A stretch of DNA of 63,662 nt, counting the filler, from Stramenopiles sp. TOSAG23-6 (taxonomy: Eukaryota): the NCBI GenBank assembly GCA_900128565.1. It is 7 parts of 7 records of this genome, joined end to end, with 100 filler letters (N's around TTAATTAATTAA, not from the genome) between each part and the next. Parts side by side here need not be neighbours in the genome. Positions count along the whole stretch, not along the records: positions 36,471 to 48,521 come from LT636223.1; positions 48,622 to 60,652 come from LT636224.1; 5 more parts are not named here. One strand, 5' to 3'. Below, one piece after another: positions 36,857 through 50,153 of the stretch (its first letter is position 1; every line of letters begins with the position of its first letter). The position numbers were made by a program, and so were the translations under genes. The notes below the pieces were generated by a model that searched no databases, was not told the origin of the DNA, and worked only from the letters and a program-made list of their open reading frames with translations.

Positions 36857-39444
36857 TTTTCTTGACTTGTAGATCGAACTAATGACATACCTCTATTTAC
36901 TTTACCATTTTGAGATTCCTTTTCTTTGATGCCACTAATTGGCTGTACTGCTTTTTCTTGAGATTGCTCTGTACGACCAAATGTGAAATCAGATACAGAC
37001 TTATTAAGAGCATGTTTTTCTGGTTTTTCTGGCTTAGAAGAAATCGATTCAGCAAAACTATTCTTTTTGACACTATCTAATTTTGGAGCATCACTAAATT
37101 TAAAATTAGATATGATTGAGGATTGATCTTCCAACAAAGTCGCATTTGTTACATGGATCACTGGAGCATTTGAAAATGTAAATGAATCCTCTGAATTTGA
37201 TGAATTTGATGTTGACATATTTAGAAAAGATGATGATTTGACATGTGAATTCGAATGTATCGTCGTTTTTTCATGTTTTGTATTTTTTTCAAAACTGAAT
37301 GAAAATTCAGGTTTTTTCTTTTCGTCGACAGTTTGAGTAAAAGTAAATGAAGAATTTTTTCTTGTTGCGGCGGCGGAGGGTACAGATGATTGATCATTTC
37401 TATTATTATTATCATTTTGAATTTCATATTTATCAAATACCTCTTTTGTATTATCCAATACCGGAGGTTTTGAAATCGAATCACTTGAACGTTGTTTCAT
37501 ATTAGGCAATGAAAAAGTTAATTTTTTATTCGTTTTCACACCATCTACAACATTTTCAACTACCTCTGGAGAATAAAATAAAGGTTTTGAAACAGTATTA
37601 AAATTCGAATGTACATTTAAATGTACATTTATACCATTTTTCGTACCTAACGAATTTCGAATTTGCTGAGACTTTGCCTGTTCCGTTTTTCTTCGAATAG
37701 GAGCATGTATTTTGGAAAAATATTTCGAAAAAAAAAAACTAAGATTTGTTAGGTACAAAATTTTCAAAAAAAAAAAAATTAAATTCGAAATTAAAAAAAA
37801 ATCGTTAGGTACAAAATGTACTATGAAAAATAAATTCAAAATTGAACAAAAAATAAAACATACAGGTGTTGCAGTATTAGCGTGAATATTTTTAATTTCC
37901 AATGAAACATTTGGTAATTTTTCCACTTCTTTTACATCATTTTTGGAATTATTTCGTGTTTTGCCTTGTCTGACTTTAATAACAGAACCTGTAACACCTT
38001 TAATGCGTTTTTCATTAGAGGGCGGAACAGGAGCTCTTTTGCTACGTGTCACTTCAAGTGGTGTTGACATTTGCTGTAAAGCGGAAAGAATTGAGTCTCT
38101 GATCTTCATTGCTTCATTGGCTTTTTTGGCTTTTGTACTACCACCAACCCTACCAATAGAATTCGATTTCAAATTATTCGTTGCTTCTGTATTGATATCA
38201 CTCAAATTTCGTATACCAGGAGTTGTTCCAGTTAGTAAAGAAGAAGGTCGAGATCGAGATTTATTTTTTAATGAAGAGTAGCGATATTTCGTATGAGATT
38301 TTCTACTTGAACTAAGTAAAGCTTGTTCGGACCAAAAATTTTCATGACCAAATCCTGTTTTTTTTACTGAACTTAATCTACTCTTTGAAATAGTATTTTT
38401 ATGCAGTCTTTGCAATTTAAACGCACGGGGACGAATTTCAGGCGAATTTGCAAAATCAAAATCACCATATTTTGTTGCTGTTTTTTTTGTAAATCTTTCA
38501 CGTTTCCCTCCTACTGTTCTATCCTTAGGGTTGGGGTTATTATTGATATTTTTACGATTTGTTGATACATCTACATTTTCATCATTACAATTTGAATTAT
38601 TATTTAAATTATTATTTAAATTATTATTTGAATTTGAGCCAAACACAAACATCTCATTTGAATGTACATTTGAATGTACATTTGAATGTACATTTGAATG
38701 TACATTTAGATTATTTTGATTATTTCGTGCATGAGATGAAACTGTACCAAACATACGAGGTAAAGTATTTTCAGCATATTGATGACGTCTTTCCCCAGTC
38801 ATCAAACCAGGATAATATCCCGGTACCATAGCAGCAGCTGGAGTGTTAAATCTATTTGTTGAAGTGTTTGAAACGACCATTGGAGTCATCGAAATATCCA
38901 TACCTATAACTCCTCCATTTGTATCGGATACAGCACCATATCTATTAGGGTTAGTCGGTTCAATATACCCCCGATGATACCCTATCGTAGGGTTAGGGTT
39001 CATACTAACACCAAACGGTGTTGCATAGCGATACGATATTCTATGTTGTTGTTGTTGTTGTTGTTGTTGGCATTGGTGGTGGAGGTGTGGCGCAGGAGCA
39101 GGTGTCGCTAAACACATTGGTGTCAATAAACGATGTCCAGGCGAAGTTTGTGTATTAACTTGTTGTCGGATCCTCGAGTCATCTCTATGAGTAAATCTAC
39201 GTATTACATCAACTGGGGTAAGATGTTGCTGAGGATTCCCATTTGATATTATTTGATTATTCGGAGCAACGCGCGTAAAAGATGGACGTACTAAAGGAGT
39301 TTTTTTTGTATGTAATCCTACGGGTTTCGTACCTAACGAATTTCCAATTTGCTGAGTGTCATCATTTTCATTTATATGGATATTTTGTTGAGGGTCAGGG
39401 TTTAAGGTCTGAATATTCTGTTGATGCTCTTGAGATTGTGATAT

Positions 39445-39478
<34 letters not shown>

Positions 39479-41211
39479 CCAGAAGATTGTGAGTGCAATT
39501 GATTTAATTTTGAAACAGAATCTGAATTTACAGTCGATCCTACTAAATTTTGAATTTGCTGAGCAGACGGTTCCGAATTCAAAATATCATTTTTTGTTAA
39601 ATTTTGAATTTGCTGAGCAGACGTTTCCGAATTCAAAATATCATTTTTTGTTGCAACTTGAGGTGTCCGAGAGGATGCATGTTTCAGATTTAGTTGTAAA
39701 CGCCTGGGAGTATTTATGTTCTTTTTTGTCATTTCTTCATATCGATTCACTAATGATGAATGATCTTTTGAAAACATAGGTGACGTTTTACTTGAAAATG
39801 GTGCGTTAGGGTTTCTAACATTGGGTGACGTCTGTTGCAAAGAAGTATAATACTCATTTTGTGTTTTTTTATCTACTTTTTGATGCCTAGAATTCAACAT
39901 CTCATTTGTTCCACCTTGCAAATCGTTTGTTTCATGTGTTTTGTGTGTTTCATTTTTTTCATTGTTTTCATTTTTTTCATATTTTGTAGTTAATTCACAT
40001 TCAACCATTGCGTCTCCTTCAGTGTTTCGTTTCTGATGAAGAATTTCATTTTGAGTTTCATTTTGAGTTTCATTTTGAGTTTCAATGTTTTGTACTACTC
40101 CTACATCATTTTTTAAAACTGGATCTTGTTTTTGTACTACAGCATTCTGTGGAACCCTAGATACTGCCTGTTCTTGGATTTCGTGTTGTGTTGATGCTAC
40201 ATCTTGTGTCTCTTGTACAGTATTTTTTTTTGTAGAAGTAAAAGTTTCATCATTAGGATTAGATTGATTTTGGACATTTTTTTTTTCATCAATTTTCATA
40301 TTATTTTGAATATTTTCCGATTTCTCAGAAGAAGGATCAGAATAAACATTATCTGTCAGAGCCATCGCATCAGCAATCTCAGCATCCAAATCATCAACTA
40401 ATTGATTACCGTCATTCGTTGTTAGAGAAATAATTTCCTTTTTCTGTTTTTCTTTTTGTTCTCTACGTCTAGAAGTTGTTATTTTATGACTACTAGGACT
40501 ACGATGAATACGATGATCAACAGTGCCATCAAGATGAGTATGTGTCCATTGACGTGTCAACTTTGGACGTCTCCGCTTTGAACTGGAGCGTTTTGAACTT
40601 GAGCTTCGAGTTTCAGGACCTTGACGACTTTTTCGTGTTTTTGTGCGAGTCTTCACAGGTGACCTCGGAGATAGAGGAATGATACCTCCATTGTCTTTCA
40701 CACCACGCATTAAACGATCAAGTAATTCACGTTTTAAACCATAGTATGGCATTTTCAGAAGTTTTAGTTTTTCCTGTAAAATATTTTTTGTCATACTTTC
40801 CAATTCTTCACATGTAGCATCATCAAGTTCATCGTCAGAATCAGAGTCGGTCGACTGAGCAAGACTTTCTTCATCCACCGCATCTTCGTATATACTTTCG
40901 TCTTTAGCATTTGCTGAATGATCCATTTCAAACAAAGAGTCATTTTCGCGTTCTTTATCAACTTCATTATGGTCTTGAGACGTAGAAGGCACACTCGCAT
41001 TAGATGACCACGTACTTGACCATAGGGAAGTAGTCACATCTTGAACCGGACTTGTACCCACCGTAAAAAACGAAGGAACAGTACGATTCCACCAGCCAGT
41101 TATTTTTCCTTTCACGCTATCGATACCACTCGTTGATGTAGCGAGTCGACGCCTCTTTGAAGGAAGTTGATGGCCTGATTCAGACTCACGCTCTGACTCA
41201 CGTTTTGGCAT
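36471..41211 (-). CDS. FG-repeat nucleoporin-like protein (Nup153/Nup1-type) with SAP-like motif; in-frame intron 37705-37863 (GT-AT); 3'-truncated
   Basis: FxF and FSFG repeats, N-terminal NLS KRRR, MTKNILQEKLKLLKMPYYGLKRELLDRL SAP-like segment. Confidence 0.7.
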
Positions 41212-41626
41212 CTTTGTAGAAAGAATAAATTCTCACTTAAAGCAGAACTATTACCCAAGATCACACCCTATAATAATTCGTATACAGAATTAATGTACCT
41301 ATCAAATACTATTTATGCCAATGGGTTTTTATACCCACTTTACTGGCCGCTTCGCGTCTAAAAACAAGTCAAAAACCAGTTGACAATACTAGTATACGTA
41401 TAGCCTATGATAGAGGTGTTGTAGCTCGTGGTCGTCAAAAATGATTTGTTGATTTGATGATCAATGAGATATTATGAAAAAAGAAAGCGCGGCAGGTCTG
41501 CGCGAAAATGACACGCGTGAAGTCTTCAAACTTCAAAATGGCCAGTTCGACTTTTTCATTTATCATCTAATTGCTTTGACTTGGAGAAGGAAACTCTTAT
41601 TAAAGGCATTCTTTAGTATTTTTTCG

Positions 41627-44278
41627 ATGGGAGAACCAAAATCTTTTCCAGATGAACCATTAAGTGTACAAACTTTGGCCCTTCATATAGTAAAAGAGCA
41701 TTTTGGTCCATTAGTGGAAACTGTTTGCAAGGGGTTGGCACAGTGCGGACTCATCTCCTTGACTGCATTGTTGGGAAAGTTGCGTCGGTGGACACCGTCT
41801 TGGGATCGAAAAAATGTTGTTCATATACTAAGTTTATTGTTACAGCATAATTTATTGGATGTTCAACAGCGAGCGCCGTATAAAGATGCTATGGGTGTAA
41901 TACAACACCCTCCAGTATTGTACGCATTCCGTTCTCGTTCTGCTGTGCATCGTTTGCGGTATGCAAAACTTCTCTACCACATAAAGAAACGGTTTGGTAC
42001 TGATGGGGAAATGCTATTATATAGACTTCTCTTTAATGGAAGAGCACAGGAGTCTCGGTTATGTGAAGAAGCATTTGAGTATCTTGATCGAGTAAAAAAC
42101 CTCAAAGTCGATTCTACTTCTGAGAAAGATGCAAATCTGAATTCTTCAACAGTAAAGAAAGAAATGAATGAAGATAACATCTCACAAGAAAGAGAAGACA
42201 GACTTTCCTCGTTACAGGATGTATTTCTTGAGATGGTATCAGAAGGGTATATCCAGCGTGTTGAACGTTTAGATCTCTTGAAAACAAAAATTTCTAAAGG
42301 AAAGAAAAAGAAAACAAATTCCAAATTGAAAAAAAAAGTGAAAAACTCAAAAAACTCAAAAACTAAAAAGAACTCAAAAACTAAAAAACGGTCAAAACGC
42401 AAACGTGCTCAAGGTCTTGGTGAAACCAGCTCGGATGAAGAGTCTTCTCGTAAAGCACCTAAAAAACGATCTCGAATGCAATTACGTGGTGTAAAAAAGG
42501 AAGATAATGATGACATGTATGTTTTAGTTTTTTTTCAATTTTTTGTCTACATTTTTTTTTTTTTTTATAGTAAATTTTGTACCTAACATTTTTTTTTTGG
42601 TACATTTTTAAATATTTTTCCAAAATACATGCTACAATCAAGTAGTGAAGTTGACCTAAGTAATATGATGGGGCTTTCTTCTACATCATCATCAAGTGGT
42701 CTATCAAGTGGTGAGTATATTTCTAAAACATCAACAAACACTACATTGAATGATTCACGGAGCAATGCAGATTCTTTTCAAGTCTGTCTTCCCCGTTTTA
42801 CTCGTGAATTTAGTATGTTTACTCCCAACTATAAACCCTAACCCTAATTCCATATTGATAAAAAAAAAAAAAAAAAAAAAATTTCATACGAAATTTTGTA
42901 CCTAACAAATTTTTACTAAAAAAAAATTGAAATATTTTTCCAAAAAAAACATTTTTTTTTTCATACGAAATTTTGTACCTAACAAATTTTTACTAAAATT
43001 TTTTTTTTTGAAATATTTTTCTACAATAAATGAGAAATTGCATTAAAAAGTTGCACAAAAGAATCTGAAGGTAAACTCTCTTCAAAAGTAGTTGGTTATA
43101 TATTAGCTATGCGTAATGCTCAAATTGCAGAATCTGATCGAAACTTTTGTGGTTCCCGCGGCTTTCAATTTGATGGTCGTAGTGTATTTGATTACATCAA
43201 GAATGAGAACCCTAACCCTAGTTGTACGAAAGGAAACCCTAACCCTAATTCTTTGGAATTCTTTGGTGAAGATTTTACATATCGAAAGTGTCTTCGTATC
43301 CTTGATTCTTTATCAAAAGGCCCTTATTCAATACTAGAGAAGGCATGTAGTTTTAGTGAAGATTCGTATGTTTTCATTTTTATACGAAATTCTGTACCTA
43401 ATGTTTTCATTTTTTTTTTTTAAATTTTTTTTAAAATTTGTTGTATACGAAATTCTGTACCTAACATTTTGTTTTTTTGTTTAAAATTTTCACAATTCAG
43501 GAAAGATAATGATCAATATTGTGGCGGAAATTTCTCATTTGAGTACAGACCTGCTTTAGATGCACTTATCAGAGATACAATAGAAGATATTATACTACAA
43601 AAATATGTATGTTTTATTTTTTTTAATTTTTTGTCTAAATTTATTTTTTCGTACGAAATTTTGTACCTAACAAATTTTCAAATTTTTTTTTGAAATATTT
43701 TTCTACAATATATGGTGTGCAGAGCAAACGTGTTTTCCGTTTACTTCTTGAATCTCATTATTTAGAAGTGAGAGAAATTAGTATGAAATCATTAATTGGT
43801 GTAAAAGAGACGCGTGCGATATTATTCCAATTATTCTCAGCTGGATTTTTGAAATTACAAGAAGTTCCTAAAAAATCTGATCATGAATGTTTTATTTTTT
43901 TTTTTTTTCCGGTAAAAAAAAAATCGAATTTTTTTTTTTTGAAAATTTTGTACCTAACAATTTTTTTTTTTATACAAAATTTTGAAATATTTTTCCAAAA
44001 TACATAGCCCACAATCAACTTTATATGTCTGGTCTATAGACCAAGCTCAGTTGATGATTCGTCTATCTGCTGATATTCATAAATCTATATTTAATTTACG
44101 AGTACGTAGACAACAGGAATGGGATTCAAATGAAGCACTAATTGAACGACACCAGCGACGATTAATATCAACTGCGAGAGATAAACAAAAATTTCTTCAT
44201 TTGGGTGGTATCCTTCGTCAATTAGATTCAAGTATACTACAATTGGATGATACTTTGATGCTTCTTGTTGATTTTTAA
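41627..44278 (+). CDS. POLR3C: RNA polymerase III subunit RPC3/RPC82, 6 exons (introns 42517-42630, 42813-43031, 43366-43500, 43607-43713, 43885-44005)
   Basis: EHFGPLVETV, LLLQHNL, RLRYAK, LLFNGR, KY|G..RVFRLL, LQEVPKKSDH|SPQSTLYVW, QLDDTLMLL. Confidence 0.9.
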
Positions 44279-44409
44279 AATGTATTTTAAAATGTATTTT
44301 AAAATGTATTTCAAAATGTATTTTTGTTTTTCTTAGAAATTAAATGTAAGATCTTTATTTTTATTGTCTTTTTTTGTTGTACAAGTATGTTATTGAAACA
44401 CTTTATATG

Positions 44410-45687
44410 CTAGACTATTGGTAAAATCATCTTAAATAAAGCTTCTGCGGTACGCTTATCAAAGTCATTAAAATGTCCTTCACAACAGACACGAGTTTCT
44501 CCTATTGTGATATCATTTAGTGACGTACAATTCCAGAAGACATATTCACCAATAGTTACACTATGTGATATTGAAATTGACTTTAATGATGTGCAATTCT
44601 TGAAGGCACGATCGCCAATAGAACTAGTTGAACTATTCATTAAATTAATCGATTTTAATGATGAACAATTACGGAAGGCATCTTCACCAATTCTAGTTGT
44701 ACTTCTGGAAAATCGAATACTTACTAGTGATTTACATCCACTGAAAGCCATTGCACCAATACTAGTTATATTTTTTGGCATTCGAATAGTTTTTAGTGAT
44801 GAACAATTACGAAAGGTATCTTCAGGAATATTAGTTATACTATTAGGTAAATGAATCGACTCTAATGACGTGCAACCACGAAAGGCACTAATGCCAATGC
44901 TAGTTACGCTATTGGGTATTATAATAGTTTTCAATGATTTACAGTCACGAAAGGCCATTTCACCAATACTAGTTGTCCTATTTGATATTGAAATGTACTC
45001 TAGTGAAGTACAATGAAAGAATGCATATTCACCAATACTAGTTATACTTTTTGGCAACTGAATAGACTCCAAGGAATCACAATTATAGAAGGCACTTGTA
45101 CGAATTTTGGTAATGCCATTTGGTATTGTAATAGATTTTAGTAATCTACAAGCATAAAAGGCATACTCACCAATACTAACTACACTATTTGGCAATTGAA
45201 TACACTTTAGAAATATGCAATCCTGGAAGGCGAAATCACCAATACTCAAAACTTTATGCTTTAAGTAGTCTTTAATAATTCCCAATGGTTCAATATTCAA
45301 CTCACCTCCAGTTTCATATAAACGCCGCATACTACTTGATGTGTCTTGACACTCACAACACAGTAGCAAACAAAGCATTTCTTGGACACTAGGATTAACC
45401 TCAGTCACTACTGTTAAACGTTTCTTATATTTACGATCAACGGTGACTACTCCTTCGCATGATACTCGAATAAACTGATTTGTACGAATGGCTTGCAATT
45501 CTTTTTCATTTGTCTTTTTCCTCTTCTTTTTCCTCTTCTTTTTCCTCTTTTTTGTATTTTTACCTCGAGGACCATTGCACGCCAATAATCTGTAAGATAC
45601 TCGCCTTTTCTTCCCTTTTTTTTTATGTTTATTGTGCATTTCTGTAGAAGTAGAGCCAAATAGGGTATCCGTAATATATTTCATCAT
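44410..45687 (-). CDS. BspA-family (LRR_5) leucine-rich repeat protein
   Basis: About 11 repeats of IxLPNSVTSIGxxAFxxCxSLxS; intronless. Confidence 0.92.
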   Translation of the reverse strand: MMKYITDTLFGSTSTEMHNKHKKKGKKRRVSYRLLACNGPRGKNTKKRKKKRKKKRKKTNEKELQAIRTNQFIRVSCEGVVTVDRKYKKRLTVVTEVNPSVQEMLCLLLCCECQDTSSSMRRLYETGGELNIEPLGIIKDYLKHKVLSIGDFAFQDCIFLKCIQLPNSVVSIGEYAFYACRLLKSITIPNGITKIRTSAFYNCDSLESIQLPKSITSIGEYAFFHCTSLEYISISNRTTSIGEMAFRDCKSLKTIIIPNSVTSIGISAFRGCTSLESIHLPNSITNIPEDTFRNCSSLKTIRMPKNITSIGAMAFSGCKSLVSIRFSRSTTRIGEDAFRNCSSLKSINLMNSSTSSIGDRAFKNCTSLKSISISHSVTIGEYVFWNCTSLNDITIGETRVCCEGHFNDFDKRTAEALFKMILPIV

Positions 45688-46692
45688 AATGATGATTTAT
45701 TTCTATATGCCATGCGTATCTCTCGCAATTAAACTTGTTCTTTGAACCAAGATTCCTTGCTAAATTAATCCAAAAGTTTAGGTAAATTTATCAAAAGCTA
45801 CGGTATGAAAGACTTCGGCTATACCAAAAAGCGAAAAAAACGCACATTTTTCAAATTTTTTGAAACCGTAGAATTTTTGATTCAGCGTCAGCATGCATCA
45901 AATTACTTGTAGATATTGACTTACTAGCTACAACAACCAGTAAAGTACTGCTTAGGCCCAGTGACCGGCCAGTATTGTTGAAAGTGTAGCAAATACTATA
46001 TTATATAGTATACCGTTGGATTTTGGTCATTATTTCAAATCAGAATAATAGTGTACTCTATCTACTGCATTGATAGTAGCACAGTACAATAAAAGTGCAA
46101 TAATCGAACCTTTTAGATAGTAGTGTAGTACTCACATCTTCATTTGGACAATGTTTAGTCGTTTTTCTCGCGTTTTTGGTCATCTGCAACAAACACTTCA
46201 GACAGTTGGAAAACAAGAGCCACTGCCTTGGCAATATGGCGTCGTGGTACTCGGTGGTGCGATAGGAATATCCATTCTTACGTGACCGTGTCACCAAAAA
46301 CCAAAGACACTGACATGCCGTTCCCCCGAGTCTTGTGAGTGTCCTCAGTGTTTCAACTCAGGAAATAAATAGTTTTTCCTTGTATATTTTTCAGCCTTTT
46401 AGTTGTAATTTCAGTTGATGGGAGTATAGATCAAAACTTTATGAAAATTTGAACTCTCTGATGGAAAACTAAAACTAAAATTGTTTGATTTTGTGTAAAT
46501 TAATGCAAATAAATTGTAGAAAAAAATAATAAAATTATATACAAATTTTATGTATCATGTAAACAACAAATTCCATTTTTTTTTGCCATGATTTTCAACG
46601 TCAATGCCTTGAGCTCCATCATCTTGGTTTTACTTTTTGATTATTTCGTGATTTTCAACATCAATGCCTTGAGTTCCATCATCTTGGTTTTA

Positions 46693-48449
46693 TCATCTTG
46701 GTTTTACTTTTTGATTATTCCGTGACGTCATTTTTGTTTGTTGATTAGTGTTAGGATTATACAAGTGCAATAGAAATATTGAAAAGATGCTAAAAATTCC
46801 TATTAAAACACCTAACAAGGAAGCTGTTATTGTACGTTTGAAGATGTATTTTGGAAAAATATTTCAAAAAAAAAAAAAAATCTTTTAGGTTTAGGTACAA
46901 AATTTACTATAAAAACAAAATTAGAATTTGAAAAAAAATAAAACATACATGCATCCTGATGTACCACTTCTGTCAGGTTGTTGTAACATTTGTGTTTTAA
47001 TATCAAATGTGAATAAAAGATTGCCTTTATATCCTTTATTACATCCACAGATAGGTTCACTACAATGTTCATATCTTTGTCCATTCTCCCTTGTCTTCAC
47101 CGTAATTTTTTCAGTAGCACAAGTACATGACCAAGCAGATGCTTTATATATATACAAAGATGCAAACGATTCAATTTCACCAGTACTAATAGCACTACAT
47201 TTCAAATTTGTCCATCCATTAGCAGTCCATGTAGGAGTACCGCTATATCCACTAGCACATGAACAAGTACCATTACCTGCAACAATATTGTCACCTACAC
47301 ATGTCGAAATAGCTGACGCGCAATTAGCAGGACTTTCCCATATTTCTTGATGTAAATATCCTAAATTGATGGCAGCTGTCTTTTGGTCTGTTGTCAAAGA
47401 AGACCAAGGATCACACATAATCAAATCACCTGAAGTGAGTGGTGATAATATACAGCCATTACTTGTATCAGTAGCATTACATTCTCTAGTCAACTGAGTA
47501 TTTTCAGAATTCACTGCTGTTATGTATTTTGGAAAAATATTAAAAAAAAATTCTAAAAAATTTGTTAGGTACAAACTTTTTATAAAAAAAAAATTTAGAC
47601 AAAAAATTGAAGAAAAATAAAACATACATTGTCCCAATCCATTGACCTTTTTCATTATACAATTTCTTCCCAATACGAAAATTTTTCTTTCTTTTAAAGT
47701 ATGTCAATGCATCAACTGTAATCACAGAATTGTTACTAGTCTTGACTTCAACTCTTCCAAATTGAATGTCTTTTGTTGAATGTATTTTAGAAAAATATTT
47801 CAAAAAAAAATCTAAAAAAATTTGTTAGGTACAAAATTTCGTATGAAAAAAAATAAATTTTTTTGTAAAAAAAAATAAAACATACATTATACGCTGCATT
47901 CCATTCCGTCTTTGTCCAACCACCAACTTTAGTATTTCCATTGACTAATGTAAAAGTATCTTTTATTCGTAAATCAATTGCTTTATTACGACATCGATAA
48001 ATATTACCATATATTGTGAAAATATATGTGAATATGTCCGAAACAAAAATCGTCAGAAAAAATCGTTGGGTACAAAAACAATTTTACAAAAAAAAAGTAG
48101 TGAAATTGAAATTGAAATTGAAATTGAAATTGAAATTGAAATTGAAATTAGAATGATGAAAACAAACACTAACACTCACTGTAATATAATCACAGCGAGT
48201 ATCCGATTTACATTTAGATTTGTTATTGTTTAGCGTTTGACAACCTTCAAAGACTCCTTTTTGTTTTAGTGTGATTGAAGATTTAGTCATTGATTCAATC
48301 TCACCAATTGATTCTTCACCTCCATCGATACCACATTTATAGGACCACTTAATGTTATTATCATCTGGATCGGTATTACATGAATATATTTTCATGTTTG
48401 GAGAAATTCGATTCATTGCATAAAAACCAGTGTAATTAATGATCATATC
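46693..48449 (-). CDS. Cys-rich/EGF-like surface protein with C-terminal TM helix, 5'-truncated (introns 48009-48167, 47780-47885, 47522-47627, 46844-46948; all GT-AT)
   Basis: Exons join into one open frame; CSCASGYSG and CGCNKGYKG motifs; hydrophobic ASLLGVLIGIFSIFSIFLL. Confidence 0.7.
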
Positions 48450-48521
48450 ATGGATTTTGGAAAAATATTTCAAAAAAAAAAACTTAAATTTGTTAGGTAC
48501 AAAATTGCGTACGAAAAAAAA

Positions 48522-48621
48522 NNNNNNNNNNNNNNNNNNNNNNNNNNNNNNNNNNNNNNNNNNNNTTAATTAATTAANNNNNNNNNNNNNNNNNNNNNNN
48601 NNNNNNNNNNNNNNNNNNNNN
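48522..48621. other. Artificial contig spacer
   Basis: N-run with TTAATTAATTAA. Confidence 0.98.
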
Positions 48622-48723
48622 ATTTTGGAAAAATATTTCAAAAAAAATCTAAAAAAATTTGTTAGGTACAAAATTTACTATAAAAAAAATTTAGGTAAAA
48701 AATTGAAAAAAAATAAAACGTGC

Positions 48724-50153
48724 ATACTCATTACCAAATAATAATAAAACAATAACTGCTGTAAATCCAGAAATAATTGATACTAAAAACGTATGTAGTG
48801 TTAAAGTTGACAATATTGTTGATATACCCCCATGTTTTTTGGGTAAATATTAAAAAAAAAAAATCTTTTAGGTTTAGGTACAAAATTTTCAAAAAAAAAA
48901 AAATCGATTTTTTTGTTAAAAAAAAAAATAAAATATACATCATTATCATCCCACATACAATCAACAAGAATATATCAAATTCAATCACGTTTAGAAATGA
49001 AATTCATTTAAAAGAAAAATATATTGTTTGTTTTTCGCCTAAAGTTAGGGTTAGTGTTCTACGTATCTTTGGATTCCGTACCATTTTTTTCATACCTAAA
49101 AAACCTAAAAAAACTAAAAAACCTAAAAAACCTTTAAAAAAAAAAAAGTACAAAAAATTGGTACGGAATCCAAAGATACGTACAGCACTAGTTAGGGGTA
49201 GGGTGTAAACAACGTACATTTTTCGTGGAAGGATATCTCTCAACATTGACCGAGTTAATGGAACACTGAAGTAGCACAAAGAACCAAGAAGTGATGCAAT
49301 ATATATTGACGGTATTGATGGGAAATATATATGTTTNGAAAATATTTAAAATTCAATTTTTTTCTACAGTTAGGTATGAAATTTTGTAAAAAAAAAACCT
49401 ACTATTAGGGTTAGGTAATCGAAATTGAAATGAATCATGAAAACATATATACCCAAATTGAAACAGCCAAGACACCACACCATTGTGATAATACTAACAA
49501 TTGACGACGTCCTACGCCTATTCATTTGGTAATATGTCAAAAAAGTAGTTTTTTTTTGGTTAGATATAGAACATATAGAACTCTCTGTGAAAAAAATAGT
49601 GTAGATAACCAGATGAACAACTCATTCGTGTTCATTCGTGTTCATTAGGTTTCATTAGGTTTCATTAGGGTGAGGATAAGTTACGATCACTAAGTCTACC
49701 TAAAAATGGGTAAAAGTATATAGATAGAATTGACCCTGGAATGAATCGGTATGCCATGAACCACGCAATTTCCACTGGTTCGTCCTTGACATAGTAATAT
49801 AAGTATTCTGTAATGCAAGGGAGAGATACTGAAATACATACAGCCCAACCTAGCATAACTTTAAGTATGTGGCCAATGATGCCTTCAGGTGTCATATTCA
49901 AACGAGCAGCTAGTTCGGCACGATGAGCAAACTCATCTTCATCAACAAATAATTCCAAACCTGCAATCTTTGTTTTACTCTTCAACTTTGTGGCTTCTGA
50001 AAGTGTACATGCTGTAGCATACCTTGCGCGACATTCTGGGCATCTTTTTGAAGTACCAGAAGCGGAAAAAAATATTTGTGAACATCCACCACAACATATA
50101 TTTTTGCCAGTAGATTCCGGTAGCACTTTTTTCTCTTTTTGATGACCAAACAT
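48724..50153 (-). CDS. MFS transporter-like gene, mirror copy (multi-exon, truncated)
   Basis: Exact reverse complement of 59121..60550. Confidence 0.6.

Noticed and set aside
45900-46360. GC-richer intergenic stretch and ORF 46058..46297
   Set aside because: No recognisable protein or RNA motif could be supported
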